The notes beneath the pieces are model-generated. The model did not search any database. It was not told the DNA's origin and saw nothing but the letters and a program-made list of their open reading frames with translations. Made by a program: the position numbers and the translations under genes. Below, one piece after another: positions 34,374 to 43,267 of a stretch of DNA of 64,000 bases. The DNA is from Myxococcota bacterium. Lineage in GTDB: Bacteria; Myxococcota_A; UBA9160; UBA6930. The stretch is from positions 5,760,001 through 5,824,000 of the forward strand of contig OZ245002.1 in NCBI GenBank assembly GCA_965223415.1, given 5' to 3'. Numbering within the stretch: position 1 is the first letter of the stretch; each line of letters opens with the position of its first letter.

Positions 34374-35458
34374 ACGAGCCCGTCTCCGCCCTCGAGGTCC
34401 GCGTGCAGAGCGTGTGCCTCGTGATCCTCGCGACCGTCGCCACGGCCGGGGCGCTCCACTGGCTGCGGCCGGTGATGATCCCCTTCGTCCTGGCGCTCTT
34501 CATCGCCCTCGGGCTCGACATGGTGCGCGACCAGCTGATCGCCCGCGCGCGGGTGCCCCGGGCGCTGGCCCTGCCGGTGACGCTGATCGGCGGGGGACTC
34601 GCCCTTGCGGGCCTGAGCGCGCTGATCTCCGCCTCCCTGGGACAGCTCAGCCAGAACGCAGGCATCTACGCCGAGCAGCTCCAGCGGCTGATCGAGCAGA
34701 CGCTGGCCATCCTGCCCGGCCCGCTGCGCGAGGCCGGCGAGGCGCTGGACCTCGACGCGCTGACGGACATCCCGGTCTCGTCAGTCACCGGCGCACTCGG
34801 CCGCACCACCAGCGCCATCGCCAACCTGCTCTCCCAGTCCCTGCTGGTGCTGATCTTCGTGCTGTTCCTCGTGATGGGGGGAACCGCGGCCCAGAGCCAC
34901 GAGGGCACGTGGGGAAGGATCGTCTCCCGCGTGCAGACCTACCTGCTCAGCAAGATCGTCGTCTCCGCCGTGACCGGCTTCCTGGTCGGCCTGACCCTGC
35001 TCATCCTCGACGTGCCGCTGGCCATGGTGTTCGGCCTGCTGGCCTTCCTGTTGAACTTCATCCCGAACGTCGGCTCGGCGATCTCCACGCTGCTGCCGCT
35101 GCCCGTCGTGCTGGTGGACCCGAACGTCTCGAGCCTGGCGGCGGTGCTGGCGCTGGCGATTCCCGCCGGCATCCAGTTCGCGATGGGGAACGTCCTGGAG
35201 CCGCGGATGATGGGCGACTCCCTCGATCTCCACCCGATCAGCATCCTGATGAGCCTGATCTTCTGGGGGATGCTGTGGGGCATCGTCGGCATGCTGCTCG
35301 CGACGCCGATCACCGCGGTGCTGAAGATCTTCCTCGAGCGCTTCGAGGGGAGCCGGCCCCTGGCAGAGCTGATGGCGGGCCGCGCCGCCGGCCTCACGAC
35401 CCGGGTGGCGGAGGCGCCGGCGTCTCCGGGGACGGAGCCGCCGTCCCCTCCGGCGTGA
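34370..35458 (+). CDS. AI-2E (PerM/TqsA) family transporter
   Basis: LNFIPNVGS, GNVLEPRMMG..LDLHP and FWGMLWGIVGMLLATP. Confidence 0.92.
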   Translation: MNEPVSALEVRVQSVCLVILATVATAGALHWLRPVMIPFVLALFIALGLDMVRDQLIARARVPRALALPVTLIGGGLALAGLSALISASLGQLSQNAGIYAEQLQRLIEQTLAILPGPLREAGEALDLDALTDIPVSSVTGALGRTTSAIANLLSQSLLVLIFVLFLVMGGTAAQSHEGTWGRIVSRVQTYLLSKIVVSAVTGFLVGLTLLILDVPLAMVFGLLAFLLNFIPNVGSAISTLLPLPVVLVDPNVSSLAAVLALAIPAGIQFAMGNVLEPRMMGDSLDLHPISILMSLIFWGMLWGIVGMLLATPITAVLKIFLERFEGSRPLAELMAGRAAGLTTRVAEAPASPGTEPPSPPA

Positions 35459-37907
35459 CCAGCTCGGCGAGGCCCGAGAATCGACTCTGGAGGATCGAGG
35501 GCGCCGCTGGCTCGACGCCCACCTCGATCGCCGACGGCGGACCCTCGATCACCACGACCAGGGGAAGTGCGAGCACCTGATCGGCGCCGGAGAGCACGCC
35601 GTCGAGCAGCCCGCCGGGCACCATCGCGGCGAGATTCGGACCGACCCGCGGATTGACCACCAGGTCCACCTGCTCGGCGCTGATCTCGCCCGTCGCGACC
35701 AGGTGCAGGGCTGCGCCGCCGAGGTGCAGCTCGTCGACCAGCACCCGACCGTCCTCGATGGCGTAGTCGCCCTGCACCTCGTCGTAGTCGATCACCGCGA
35801 ACTCGGCGAGATCGGCCACCTCCGTCAGCACCCGCTGCATGTCGAGGCCGCTGGCCCGGCCCTCGGTGAGGGCGAAGGACACCCGCCCGTCGGGTGCGGT
35901 GGTGAGGGGCTCGCCGGGCGCGGCGATGCCTTCGGCCTGGCTGGCCAGGGAGAAGCGGCCGCTGAACGGCGCCTCTCCGTCCGGCGACAGGCTGCCTAGC
36001 AACGGCTCCAGGTCGAGGGATTCCACGCGGAGGTCCCAGCCGATCCGCTCGCCGCCGCCGCGGGGGCCGCCGTAGGCCTCGGCGTCCACGGAGCCGTCCG
36101 CCAGGCCCAGGCCGTCGACCCGGGCCTCCCAGCTCCCGCCGCCGAGCTGGGCCCGCAAGCGGCCTCCGCGCACGGCCAGGCCGCGCAGCTGGAGAGCGCC
36201 GATCCGCAGGTCGAGGTCGAATCGCTCGGCAGGGCTGGCCGCGGGCGGCTCCGCTCCGGAAGACGCCTCGGCTTCCGGAGCGGGCGGCGGCGCCTCGCCC
36301 TCCCAGAGCGGGGCCAACGGCGTCAGGTCCAGGGCCGTGAGATCGCCCCTCACGACGGTCTTGGCCCGTCCGCCGCCGGCTTCGCGCTCCCATTCGATGC
36401 GTGCACGGCCCGGCTGGCCTTCGACGGGGGGGCCCTCGAGGGCCAGGTGGCCGGTCAGCCGCTCCTGATCCGAGCTGGCGGTTCGCTTCACCACCGGTCG
36501 CAGGCGGAGCGGCGCGGCACCGTCGGCGCCGCCGACGGTGCCGACGGTGCCGACGGAGAGGGAGAGGTCTCCCTCGACGGAGACCTCCGACCCCGTCTGC
36601 TCGATCGTGAGGGTGCCGCCGATCGGAGCACGCCGGTCGGGCACGCCGCCGGCGCCCCTCGCCAGGCGGAGCCAGGGCAGGAGATCGAATCGCGTCGCCG
36701 CGATCGCGAGCTGGGCCGCCTTGCCGGGCCGCACCTCGCCCTCGAGACGGAGCTGCCCGAGCGGCCCGTCGGCCGCGGCGCCGAGGGTGAGCGGCGCGAA
36801 GAAGAGGGTTCCGGGCGCCGCGCTCCACTCGAGGCGACCCTGTACAAGGAGCGGCTCGGCCAGGCTCGGCTCGGCGTCGGCAGGCACCCGCAGCTCGTCG
36901 ACGCTCACCTTGGGCAGGGCCACCAGCGCGTCGTAGCGGCCCTCGACCCGCAGGTCGGCCTCGACCCGCGCGGCGAGGGAGCCCAGGCCCAGGAGCTCCG
37001 CCGCGCGCGTGGCGGCGCCGAGGCGCACCTTGGCGTCGAGCTCGGGCTCCGGCAACAGGCGGCCGGTGGCCTCCAGCTCCAGCAGCCGCTCTCCCCGCTC
37101 GACGAGGGAGCCGTGCAGCGCGGCGAGATCGAGGGTTCGCGGGTCCTCGCTCAGCCGGCCGTCAGCGTCGAGGGCCAGGGCGAGCTCCCCGCGACCATGG
37201 CTCGGTCGTCCGTCGACGTGAAGGGCGAGCTCGGCGCGGAGCGGTGAGCCGGCGGGCGCCGTGTCGGGCGCGTCCTCGCCTCCGCCGAGCTCGACCGTGA
37301 GATCGAGCGCAGCACTCAGCTCGGCCGCGGGCTGGGCCATCGGCACCTGGAGGGTGACGGAGCCGCGTTCGGGGATGCGGAGGTCGTCGACGGCGGCCTG
37401 GATCGGGCCGAGGGTGAGCGCGGCTTCGGGGCTCCCCGTTCGGAGTTCCAGGTGGGTGATGCGGGCGTGGCGGATCTCGGGCCAGGCTGCGAGGTCGAGC
37501 GGCTCCGTCTTCGGAGGGTGCCCTTCCGCGGCACTTGGCGGTGCGGGCGCGGGCTCGTCTTCCGGTGGGTCGGGAAGCGTCACCAGGGCACCGATCAGCT
37601 CGAACGTCTCGATCGTGGCCCGGCCCCGGAGGAGCGAATCCAGCGGCCGCACGTGCAGGCGGAGCTCCTCGACCGTGCCCGCCGCCTGACCGGGCAGATC
37701 GAACGCGACCTGGCGGGCTTCGAGGGTGCCGCCGAGACCCAGACGTCCCGTGTCGGCCTGGACGCTTCCGCCCGCGAGCCGCGAGGCCACCGGCAGCCAC
37801 AGGCGCTGGAAGGCGGCCTCGGTCTGGATCCAGCCGATCGCCGCCGCGAGCAACAGGACCAGCAGCGCCAGAGCGATCCACCGACGGCGGGGGCGGGGGG
37901 GAGCCAC
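35394..37907 (-). CDS. AsmA-like envelope protein
   Basis: N-terminal anchor followed by a long beta-rich region. AsmA C-terminal-like GRVSFALTEGRASGLDM...YDEVQGDYAIEDGRV. Confidence 0.7.
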   Translation of the reverse strand: MAPPRPRRRWIALALLVLLLAAAIGWIQTEAAFQRLWLPVASRLAGGSVQADTGRLGLGGTLEARQVAFDLPGQAAGTVEELRLHVRPLDSLLRGRATIETFELIGALVTLPDPPEDEPAPAPPSAAEGHPPKTEPLDLAAWPEIRHARITHLELRTGSPEAALTLGPIQAAVDDLRIPERGSVTLQVPMAQPAAELSAALDLTVELGGGEDAPDTAPAGSPLRAELALHVDGRPSHGRGELALALDADGRLSEDPRTLDLAALHGSLVERGERLLELEATGRLLPEPELDAKVRLGAATRAAELLGLGSLAARVEADLRVEGRYDALVALPKVSVDELRVPADAEPSLAEPLLVQGRLEWSAAPGTLFFAPLTLGAAADGPLGQLRLEGEVRPGKAAQLAIAATRFDLLPWLRLARGAGGVPDRRAPIGGTLTIEQTGSEVSVEGDLSLSVGTVGTVGGADGAAPLRLRPVVKRTASSDQERLTGHLALEGPPVEGQPGRARIEWEREAGGGRAKTVVRGDLTALDLTPLAPLWEGEAPPPAPEAEASSGAEPPAASPAERFDLDLRIGALQLRGLAVRGGRLRAQLGGGSWEARVDGLGLADGSVDAEAYGGPRGGGERIGWDLRVESLDLEPLLGSLSPDGEAPFSGRFSLASQAEGIAAPGEPLTTAPDGRVSFALTEGRASGLDMQRVLTEVADLAEFAVIDYDEVQGDYAIEDGRVLVDELHLGGAALHLVATGEISAEQVDLVVNPRVGPNLAAMVPGGLLDGVLSGADQVLALPLVVVIEGPPSAIEVGVEPAAPSILQSRFSGLAELVTPEGTAAPSPETPAPPPPGS

Positions 37908-37984
37908 CGGGGAAAGGTAACGAACGGGGGGCCGCTCCTCTCGGCATCTCGGCTAGCATCCGCGCACCGCAGCCAGGAGTCCCC

Positions 37985-38773
37985 ATGATCCTCGATCGCT
38001 TCCAGCTCACCGACCAGGTCGCCATCGTCACCGGCGCCGGGCGCGGCATCGGCCGCGGCATCGCCCTCGCCTACGCGGAGGCCGGCGCCGACGTGGTCTG
38101 TGCCGCCCGTACCGCAGCCGACATCGAGGACACCGCGGAGCGCGTCCGGGCCTTCGGGCGCCGAGCGCTCGCCGTCCCCACCGACGTGCTGGAGCGCGCC
38201 CAGCTCGAGAATCTGGTTGACGTCACCCTCGGCGAGTTCGGTAGGGTCGACCTGCTCGTGAACAACGCGGGCGGCTCACCGCCGAAGCCCGCGCTGCGGA
38301 CCAGCGAGAAGGAGTTCGAGGGCGCCTTTCGCTTCAACGTCACCACCGCCTTCGTGCTGACCCGGCTGGTGGTCCCGAAGATGGTAGAGACGGCGGGCGG
38401 CGGCGCCGTGGTGAACATCTCGTCGGTGGCGGGCCGGGAGTTCTCGCCGGGCTTCGTCGCTTACGGCACGGCCAAGGCCGCCCTCTCCTTCATGACCCGC
38501 GAGCTCGCCCAGGACTTCGCGCCCAAGGTCCGGGTGAACGCCATCGCCGTGGGCTCGATCCAGACCGACGCCCTGGGGACCGTCCTCACCGACGAGATCA
38601 AGGCCGAGATGGTCCGGCTCACCCCGATGGCCCGCCTCGGCGAGGTCGAGGACATCGCCGCCTGCGCCCTCTACCTGGCCTCCCCCGCTGCGAGCTACGT
38701 CACCGGCGAGATCTACGGCGTGAACGGCGGCCTCGTCGCCCTCAACATGCGCATGCCCCGCGCCTTCGAGTAA
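37985..38773 (+). CDS. Short-chain dehydrogenase/reductase (7-alpha-HSDH-like)
   Basis: TGAGRGIG, NNAG and YGTAK. AGGAG RBS. Confidence 0.93.
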   Translation: MILDRFQLTDQVAIVTGAGRGIGRGIALAYAEAGADVVCAARTAADIEDTAERVRAFGRRALAVPTDVLERAQLENLVDVTLGEFGRVDLLVNNAGGSPPKPALRTSEKEFEGAFRFNVTTAFVLTRLVVPKMVETAGGGAVVNISSVAGREFSPGFVAYGTAKAALSFMTRELAQDFAPKVRVNAIAVGSIQTDALGTVLTDEIKAEMVRLTPMARLGEVEDIAACALYLASPAASYVTGEIYGVNGGLVALNMRMPRAFE

Positions 38774-38794
38774 CGCAACAAACGGAACCGGCCC

Positions 38795-41700
38795 CTAACG
38801 CAACAGGGGGAGGTGGTCGCGGGCGATTTGCCATTCGGCTTGGCGCATGGCGCGGAGGGTGGTTTCGATGGGGCGGTCGTCGGTCTTGTAGATCTCGACG
38901 GCGACGCGGCGGCCGGCGTGGTCGAGGACGCCGTGGGTGAGGAGCTTGCGCAGGGTTCGCGTGGGGAGCACGTGGCTCGGCAGGAGCGGGCGCCACTCGC
39001 CGTGGTCGTCGATGCGCACGCGGGCGGCGCGGCCGATCACCTGGCACGCGGAGTGGGCGCAGGTGATCGTGCGGCGCTCGCGGCCGGCCAGCCGCTCGAG
39101 CTCCCGGCGGATGGCCAGCACGGCCTGGGCCGGCAGGCCGACGAAGCGGATGAACACGCCGCCGTAGACCGAATCCTTCTCGCGCACCCGCAGCGGCCGG
39201 AAGATGTCGCCGTCGAAGCGCTGGGGCCCGACGTTCAGGTAGATGTGGGCCGGATCGCGGATCCCGATCAGGAGCTCGAGGGAGCCCGGTGCGGCCAGCT
39301 CGACCAGGGGCAGCGCGCCGCTCTCGTCCAGGGCGTCGTCCGGGAGCCGGATCACGCGCACGCGCTTGCCGAAGCAGGCCTCCTCGGCGACCTGCAGCTC
39401 CCCGCTGCCGAGGAGCGGGGTGAGCGGCCCCTCCACCGGCACCGGCTCGAGCACGCCCCAGTAGCTCGCGCCCTCGAGCTCTTCGTCGAGGCGTCGGCGC
39501 AGGCTCGCCACGCGCTCGGTGCCGAGCCAGAGCTGGTCGTCGGTCACGAGGGTCTCGAGCCAGGCCAGGCGCACCATCCGGTTCAGCGCTTCGCCGCCTC
39601 CGGAGCGGACGATCCGCTCCACCGCCACCGGGCCGAGGGACGGACTCACGACGACCCGGCGGCGCTGCTCCTCCTCGCTGCGGGCGCGGGCGGGCAGATC
39701 GAGGAAGCGCGCGTTGTCCAGGTACGTCACCGGCGTGATGCGCACGCCGCCCACCGCCGCACGCAGCGCCTCCACCAGACCCGTGCCGAAGCCGGGGCGC
39801 GCCGGCCGCGTCGCCCGGAGACCCTCGGACACGCTGCCTTCGGGATAGATCAGGATACGCCGCGAGCGCCCTTCCCCCAGCGCCAGGAGCGCCCGCTCCA
39901 CCGCCGAGCCCCGCCCGGAGCCCACGGCGATCAGGCCCGGCGCCGAGGCGATCCGATCCTTCAGGAAGCGCGGCAGGATCGGTAGCTGGTCCACGGCATT
40001 GAACACGAGATAGTCCGGCAGCCGCAGGGCCGCGAAGGTGACGTTGTCGGTGAGCCCATGGCGATGGGCCGGCGTGATCAGCTCCGCCTCACCCTCGGGC
40101 ACCTCCGCCTGGAGATGCTCGCGGCCCTCGACCCGCGGCCTCAGGTCGAGCAGGTCGCCGAGGGCGCGGAACAGCCCGTCCACGTGGCCCGTGAACGGCG
40201 TGCCCGCCCGCTCGCGCCCCGCCCGCGTGAGCACGAGCCGCAGCGCGGCCCCGAGATGGCCCAGCCCGCGCAGCACCGCGCCGCTGCGCTCTCCGATGCG
40301 CCCCAGCACGCGAGCCGCCCGCGCCACCCGATCCCCCGCCGAGAGGCGGGCCTCCGGCGGCGCCGTCGGGTCGAGGGCGCGAAGCCGCGCCGAGAACGCG
40401 ACCGCCTCGGCGTGGAAGCGCTGGAAGCAGGCGATGCGCCGGTGGTCCCGGGCCGTCCCGTAGAGGGCCTCGAGCTCGACGTAGCGGGCGCCGAGCCGCT
40501 CGATGCGCGCGTGCTCCCGGCGCAGGGCGCGGGTCCGCCGCGCGCCGAGGAACGTCCAGACCTCCTGCATCGCGCTGCCGAGCCGCGCGCGAACCTCCTG
40601 CACGTGGGCCGCGTGGAGCACCCGGAGGTGGTCGTCGAGCCGCGCCAGGAAGGCGCCCTGGGCCAGGTGGGCCGTCTCCAGGTGGTCCGCCGTCGCCTCG
40701 TCGCGGCCGCCCTTCGTGAGCGCGCGACGCACGCCGGTGTAGCCGAAGCCACCGACGACGAGCTCGCTCCAGCGCTCCTCCAGCTCCGCCTCGAGGGCCG
40801 CCAGGCGCTCCCAGGCCGGCGCGGCCACCGGATCCGGCGGACGCGTGCGCAGGCGCCGCAGGGTCGGGGACACGGCCCGGGCCACACGCGCCAGCCGCAC
40901 CGGAAGGCCCCGCTCCCTTGCCGCGCGGATGCCCGCGTCGACGACGGGAAGCGCCTCGTCCGTGGCGGAGATCGCACGGGCCTCCTGGCCGAAGGCCTCC
41001 ATGGCGCGGATCCACTCGGCCGTCTCGCCCTGATGGGCGCGAAGCTCCGGCTCCCGGGAAGAAGGACGCGTGTCGTCCATCCAGTCGACGAGCACGCGAT
41101 AGGCGAGCCGCTCCTCCGCCGCCAGGCGACGGTAGACGTGGCGCTGGTAGGCCCAGTGGGTCCAGCGCAGCGAGAGCGACAGGGACGAGAAGCCCGTGCC
41201 GAGCTGCGCGCGCAGGGCCGCGACCAGCGTGTCCCCCGCCGCCACGACCCGCGCCACGGCCGGAGCCGTGCCCTGCTCCCCGATCGCCTCGCGCAGCCGC
41301 GCCGACGGGCCCGCGACCGGCGGCTCCGCCCGCAGCCGGGCGAGCAGGCGCGAACGCGCGGCGGGCACGGCGAGGATTCGCTCCAGGAGCACCCGCTCGT
41401 AGAGGGGCGCGTTGCTGCGCAGGGGATTCGCGCGAAACAGGAACGCATCGTCGTCGATCAAGGCGCGCAGCTCCTTCTGCAGGAGCACGTTCGGCTCCGG
41501 CGCCCCGTGCCGCGCGATCCGCCAGCGGTGACGCATGCGGCCCCGTCGGATGCGGACGACCCACTGGCCGCCGTCCGCCTCGAAGCGGTGCAGGCTGCGG
41601 GCATCGCGTGGCCGCAGGCCGAGCCGCCGATCCCGGAAGGCGTGGAGCTCCTTCAGGCTGCGGCCATAGCGCCGCCTGCCGAGCAGCGAGAGCCACTCGC

Positions 41701-42037
41701 GGCGCACGAACAGGTAGCCCGCCGTCCAGAGCTGGGTGTTGAGGGGCGCGTACTCGAGGAGCGGAATCGTCCAGGTGAGCTCGGCGAAGAAGAGCATCGG
41801 GTAGACGACGAACGCCTTCAGGGAGCCGAAGGCCACGTCGAAGAGCCCCACGTCCCAGTGCTCCTGGATCACCTCCTTGCCCTTGCGCCAGACCGCCTGC
41901 CGGGCGAGGGCGAGGCTGCGCGTGACGCCCGCGGGCACCGGCTCGCCCGGCCCGGACGCGAGCTCGCGCGCAAGGGTGCGAGCGCGCTGCTCGAGAACCT
42001 CGGCGTGGGCCACGACCGAGGACTCTGACACAGCCAT
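38795..42037 (-). CDS. ~1080-aa multidomain protein containing a PlsC-type acyltransferase domain
   Basis: HRHGLTD (HxxxxD) and ILIYPEGS blocks. N-terminal hydrophobic segment and an extra C-terminal domain. Start inferred at MAVSESS. Confidence 0.7.
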   Translation of the reverse strand: MAVSESSVVAHAEVLEQRARTLARELASGPGEPVPAGVTRSLALARQAVWRKGKEVIQEHWDVGLFDVAFGSLKAFVVYPMLFFAELTWTIPLLEYAPLNTQLWTAGYLFVRREWLSLLGRRRYGRSLKELHAFRDRRLGLRPRDARSLHRFEADGGQWVVRIRRGRMRHRWRIARHGAPEPNVLLQKELRALIDDDAFLFRANPLRSNAPLYERVLLERILAVPAARSRLLARLRAEPPVAGPSARLREAIGEQGTAPAVARVVAAGDTLVAALRAQLGTGFSSLSLSLRWTHWAYQRHVYRRLAAEERLAYRVLVDWMDDTRPSSREPELRAHQGETAEWIRAMEAFGQEARAISATDEALPVVDAGIRAARERGLPVRLARVARAVSPTLRRLRTRPPDPVAAPAWERLAALEAELEERWSELVVGGFGYTGVRRALTKGGRDEATADHLETAHLAQGAFLARLDDHLRVLHAAHVQEVRARLGSAMQEVWTFLGARRTRALRREHARIERLGARYVELEALYGTARDHRRIACFQRFHAEAVAFSARLRALDPTAPPEARLSAGDRVARAARVLGRIGERSGAVLRGLGHLGAALRLVLTRAGRERAGTPFTGHVDGLFRALGDLLDLRPRVEGREHLQAEVPEGEAELITPAHRHGLTDNVTFAALRLPDYLVFNAVDQLPILPRFLKDRIASAPGLIAVGSGRGSAVERALLALGEGRSRRILIYPEGSVSEGLRATRPARPGFGTGLVEALRAAVGGVRITPVTYLDNARFLDLPARARSEEEQRRRVVVSPSLGPVAVERIVRSGGGEALNRMVRLAWLETLVTDDQLWLGTERVASLRRRLDEELEGASYWGVLEPVPVEGPLTPLLGSGELQVAEEACFGKRVRVIRLPDDALDESGALPLVELAAPGSLELLIGIRDPAHIYLNVGPQRFDGDIFRPLRVREKDSVYGGVFIRFVGLPAQAVLAIRRELERLAGRERRTITCAHSACQVIGRAARVRIDDHGEWRPLLPSHVLPTRTLRKLLTHGVLDHAGRRVAVEIYKTDDRPIETTLRAMRQAEWQIARDHLPLLR

Positions 42038-42231
42038 GGCGGCGGCATCGACTCCGCGCCGGTCGCCCTTGAGGCGGGCAGGCGAGCGGACGCGCGGCCC
42101 TTCCCCCCGTCGGTGGGGGAAGTGGAACACGCGTTCCCCGGTCGAGGAAAGGCCCTTCCCAGGCGCGCTCATGGGGCGGAAGGGGCCTTCGCCAACCTGC
42201 TGAAATGGAAGGCCTTTCGTCGCTACGGCCG

Positions 42232-42248
42232 TTGGCCCGGATCGTGCA
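42232..42248 (+). promoter_or_regulatory. Sigma-54 (-24/-12) promoter
   Basis: TTGGCCCGGATCGTGCA gives GG-N10-GC with correct spacing, 43 bp upstream of the PEP-CTERM ATG. Confidence 0.6.
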
Positions 42249-42291
42249 AGCCCCTCGCTCGCCTTGGGAAGGGCCTTCGGGAGTCCTGCCC

Positions 42292-43095
42292 ATGCGCTTG
42301 CCGCTCGCTCTCATCGCTGCCCTCGGTCTCCTCCTGTGCAGCGCCTCGGCCCAGGCGGGCACGCTCACCTCCGCCACCTGGATCGGCGCGTTCCAGGGCA
42401 TGCCGTACACCCTGACCACCGGCGGCGGCAGCCTCGTCGCCTCGGGCAGCTCGACAGGCGCGGGCGCCAGCGTCGCGATCACGGTGACGCCCCAGTCGTT
42501 CAGCACGGTGAACGTGGGGCCCCCGCAGAACACCATCACCCAGACCCTGGGCGGCAGCCAGACGATCTCCATCACCGCGAACGGTGCCGCCGCCAACCAG
42601 GGCGTGGCGGGCGTCGTGAACGTCTTCCTCTTCGTGGGCGTCCCGCTGCTCTTCCTCTCGGTTCCGATCTCGATCGGCGTGTCCGGCTCCTCGGTCATCA
42701 GCACCAGCAACCCGCTGGTCGGCGCCGTGAACGTCACCGCCACCTTCGGCGCCTGGACCCCCGGCAGCACCATGATCACCGGCCTCTTCGCCACCACGAC
42801 CACACCGAACGGCGCCACCCAGATGACCGTGCCGCTCCCGAACTTCACCGCCGCAGGCTCGGTCAACCTCACCGCCGGCGGCGCGGGCACGATCACCATC
42901 GTCTCGCCGGCCATCACCGTCGTCTGCGCCGGCGGCCCCGCCGGCGCCTGCGACGGCTCCGTCCAGAGCCACCGCACCGCGGGAGCGACGAGCCTGGTGC
43001 TGAGCTTCGTCGTCCCGGAGCCCGGCACGGCGGGCTTGCTGCTCGGCGCCGCGCTCGTAGGCATCGTCGCCCTGGGCCGACGGCGGTGGCGCTAG
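42292..43095 (+). CDS. Thr/Gly-rich PEP-CTERM protein
   Basis: Signal peptide ending ASAQA. C-terminus VPEPGTAGLLLGAALVGIVALGRRRWR. Confidence 0.88.
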   Translation: MRLPLALIAALGLLLCSASAQAGTLTSATWIGAFQGMPYTLTTGGGSLVASGSSTGAGASVAITVTPQSFSTVNVGPPQNTITQTLGGSQTISITANGAAANQGVAGVVNVFLFVGVPLLFLSVPISIGVSGSSVISTSNPLVGAVNVTATFGAWTPGSTMITGLFATTTTPNGATQMTVPLPNFTAAGSVNLTAGGAGTITIVSPAITVVCAGGPAGACDGSVQSHRTAGATSLVLSFVVPEPGTAGLLLGAALVGIVALGRRRWR

Positions 43096-43114
43096 GCCGC
43101 GGCGCCGATGTCCC

Positions 43115-43142
43115 CTCCCCTGCCGGAACCCGGCATGGGGAG
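43115..43142. terminator. Hairpin between convergent PEP-CTERM gene and tRNA
   Basis: CTCCCC-TGCCGG-aac-CCGGCA-t-GGGGAG. No U-tract is present. Confidence 0.45.
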
Positions 43143-43150
43143 CGAGGAGA

Positions 43151-43226
43151 TGGAGCGCGAGACCGGATTCGAACCGGCGACATCCACGTTGGCAACGTGG
43201 TGCTCTACCAGCTGAGCTACTCGCGC
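43151..43226 (-). tRNA. tRNA-Gly (GCC)
   Basis: GCGCGAGTAGCTCAGCTGGTAGAGCACCACGTTGCCAACGTGGATGTCGCCGGTTCGAATCCGGTCTCGCGCTCCA: 76-nt cloverleaf with encoded CCA. Confidence 0.98.
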
Positions 43227-43238
43227 TCGGAATGCGGG

Positions 43239-43267
43239 ACCTTACCCAGCGGGGACGGCTCTGTCTA
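43239..43267 (-). promoter_or_regulatory. Sigma-70 promoter of tRNA-Gly
   Basis: TAGACA-17 bp-TAAGGT, ending 12 bp upstream of the tRNA 5' end. Confidence 0.55.

Noticed and set aside
43095..43226. tRNA-Gly as an integration site for a genomic island
   Set aside because: No integrase and no duplicate of the tRNA 3' end was seen, and composition does not shift.
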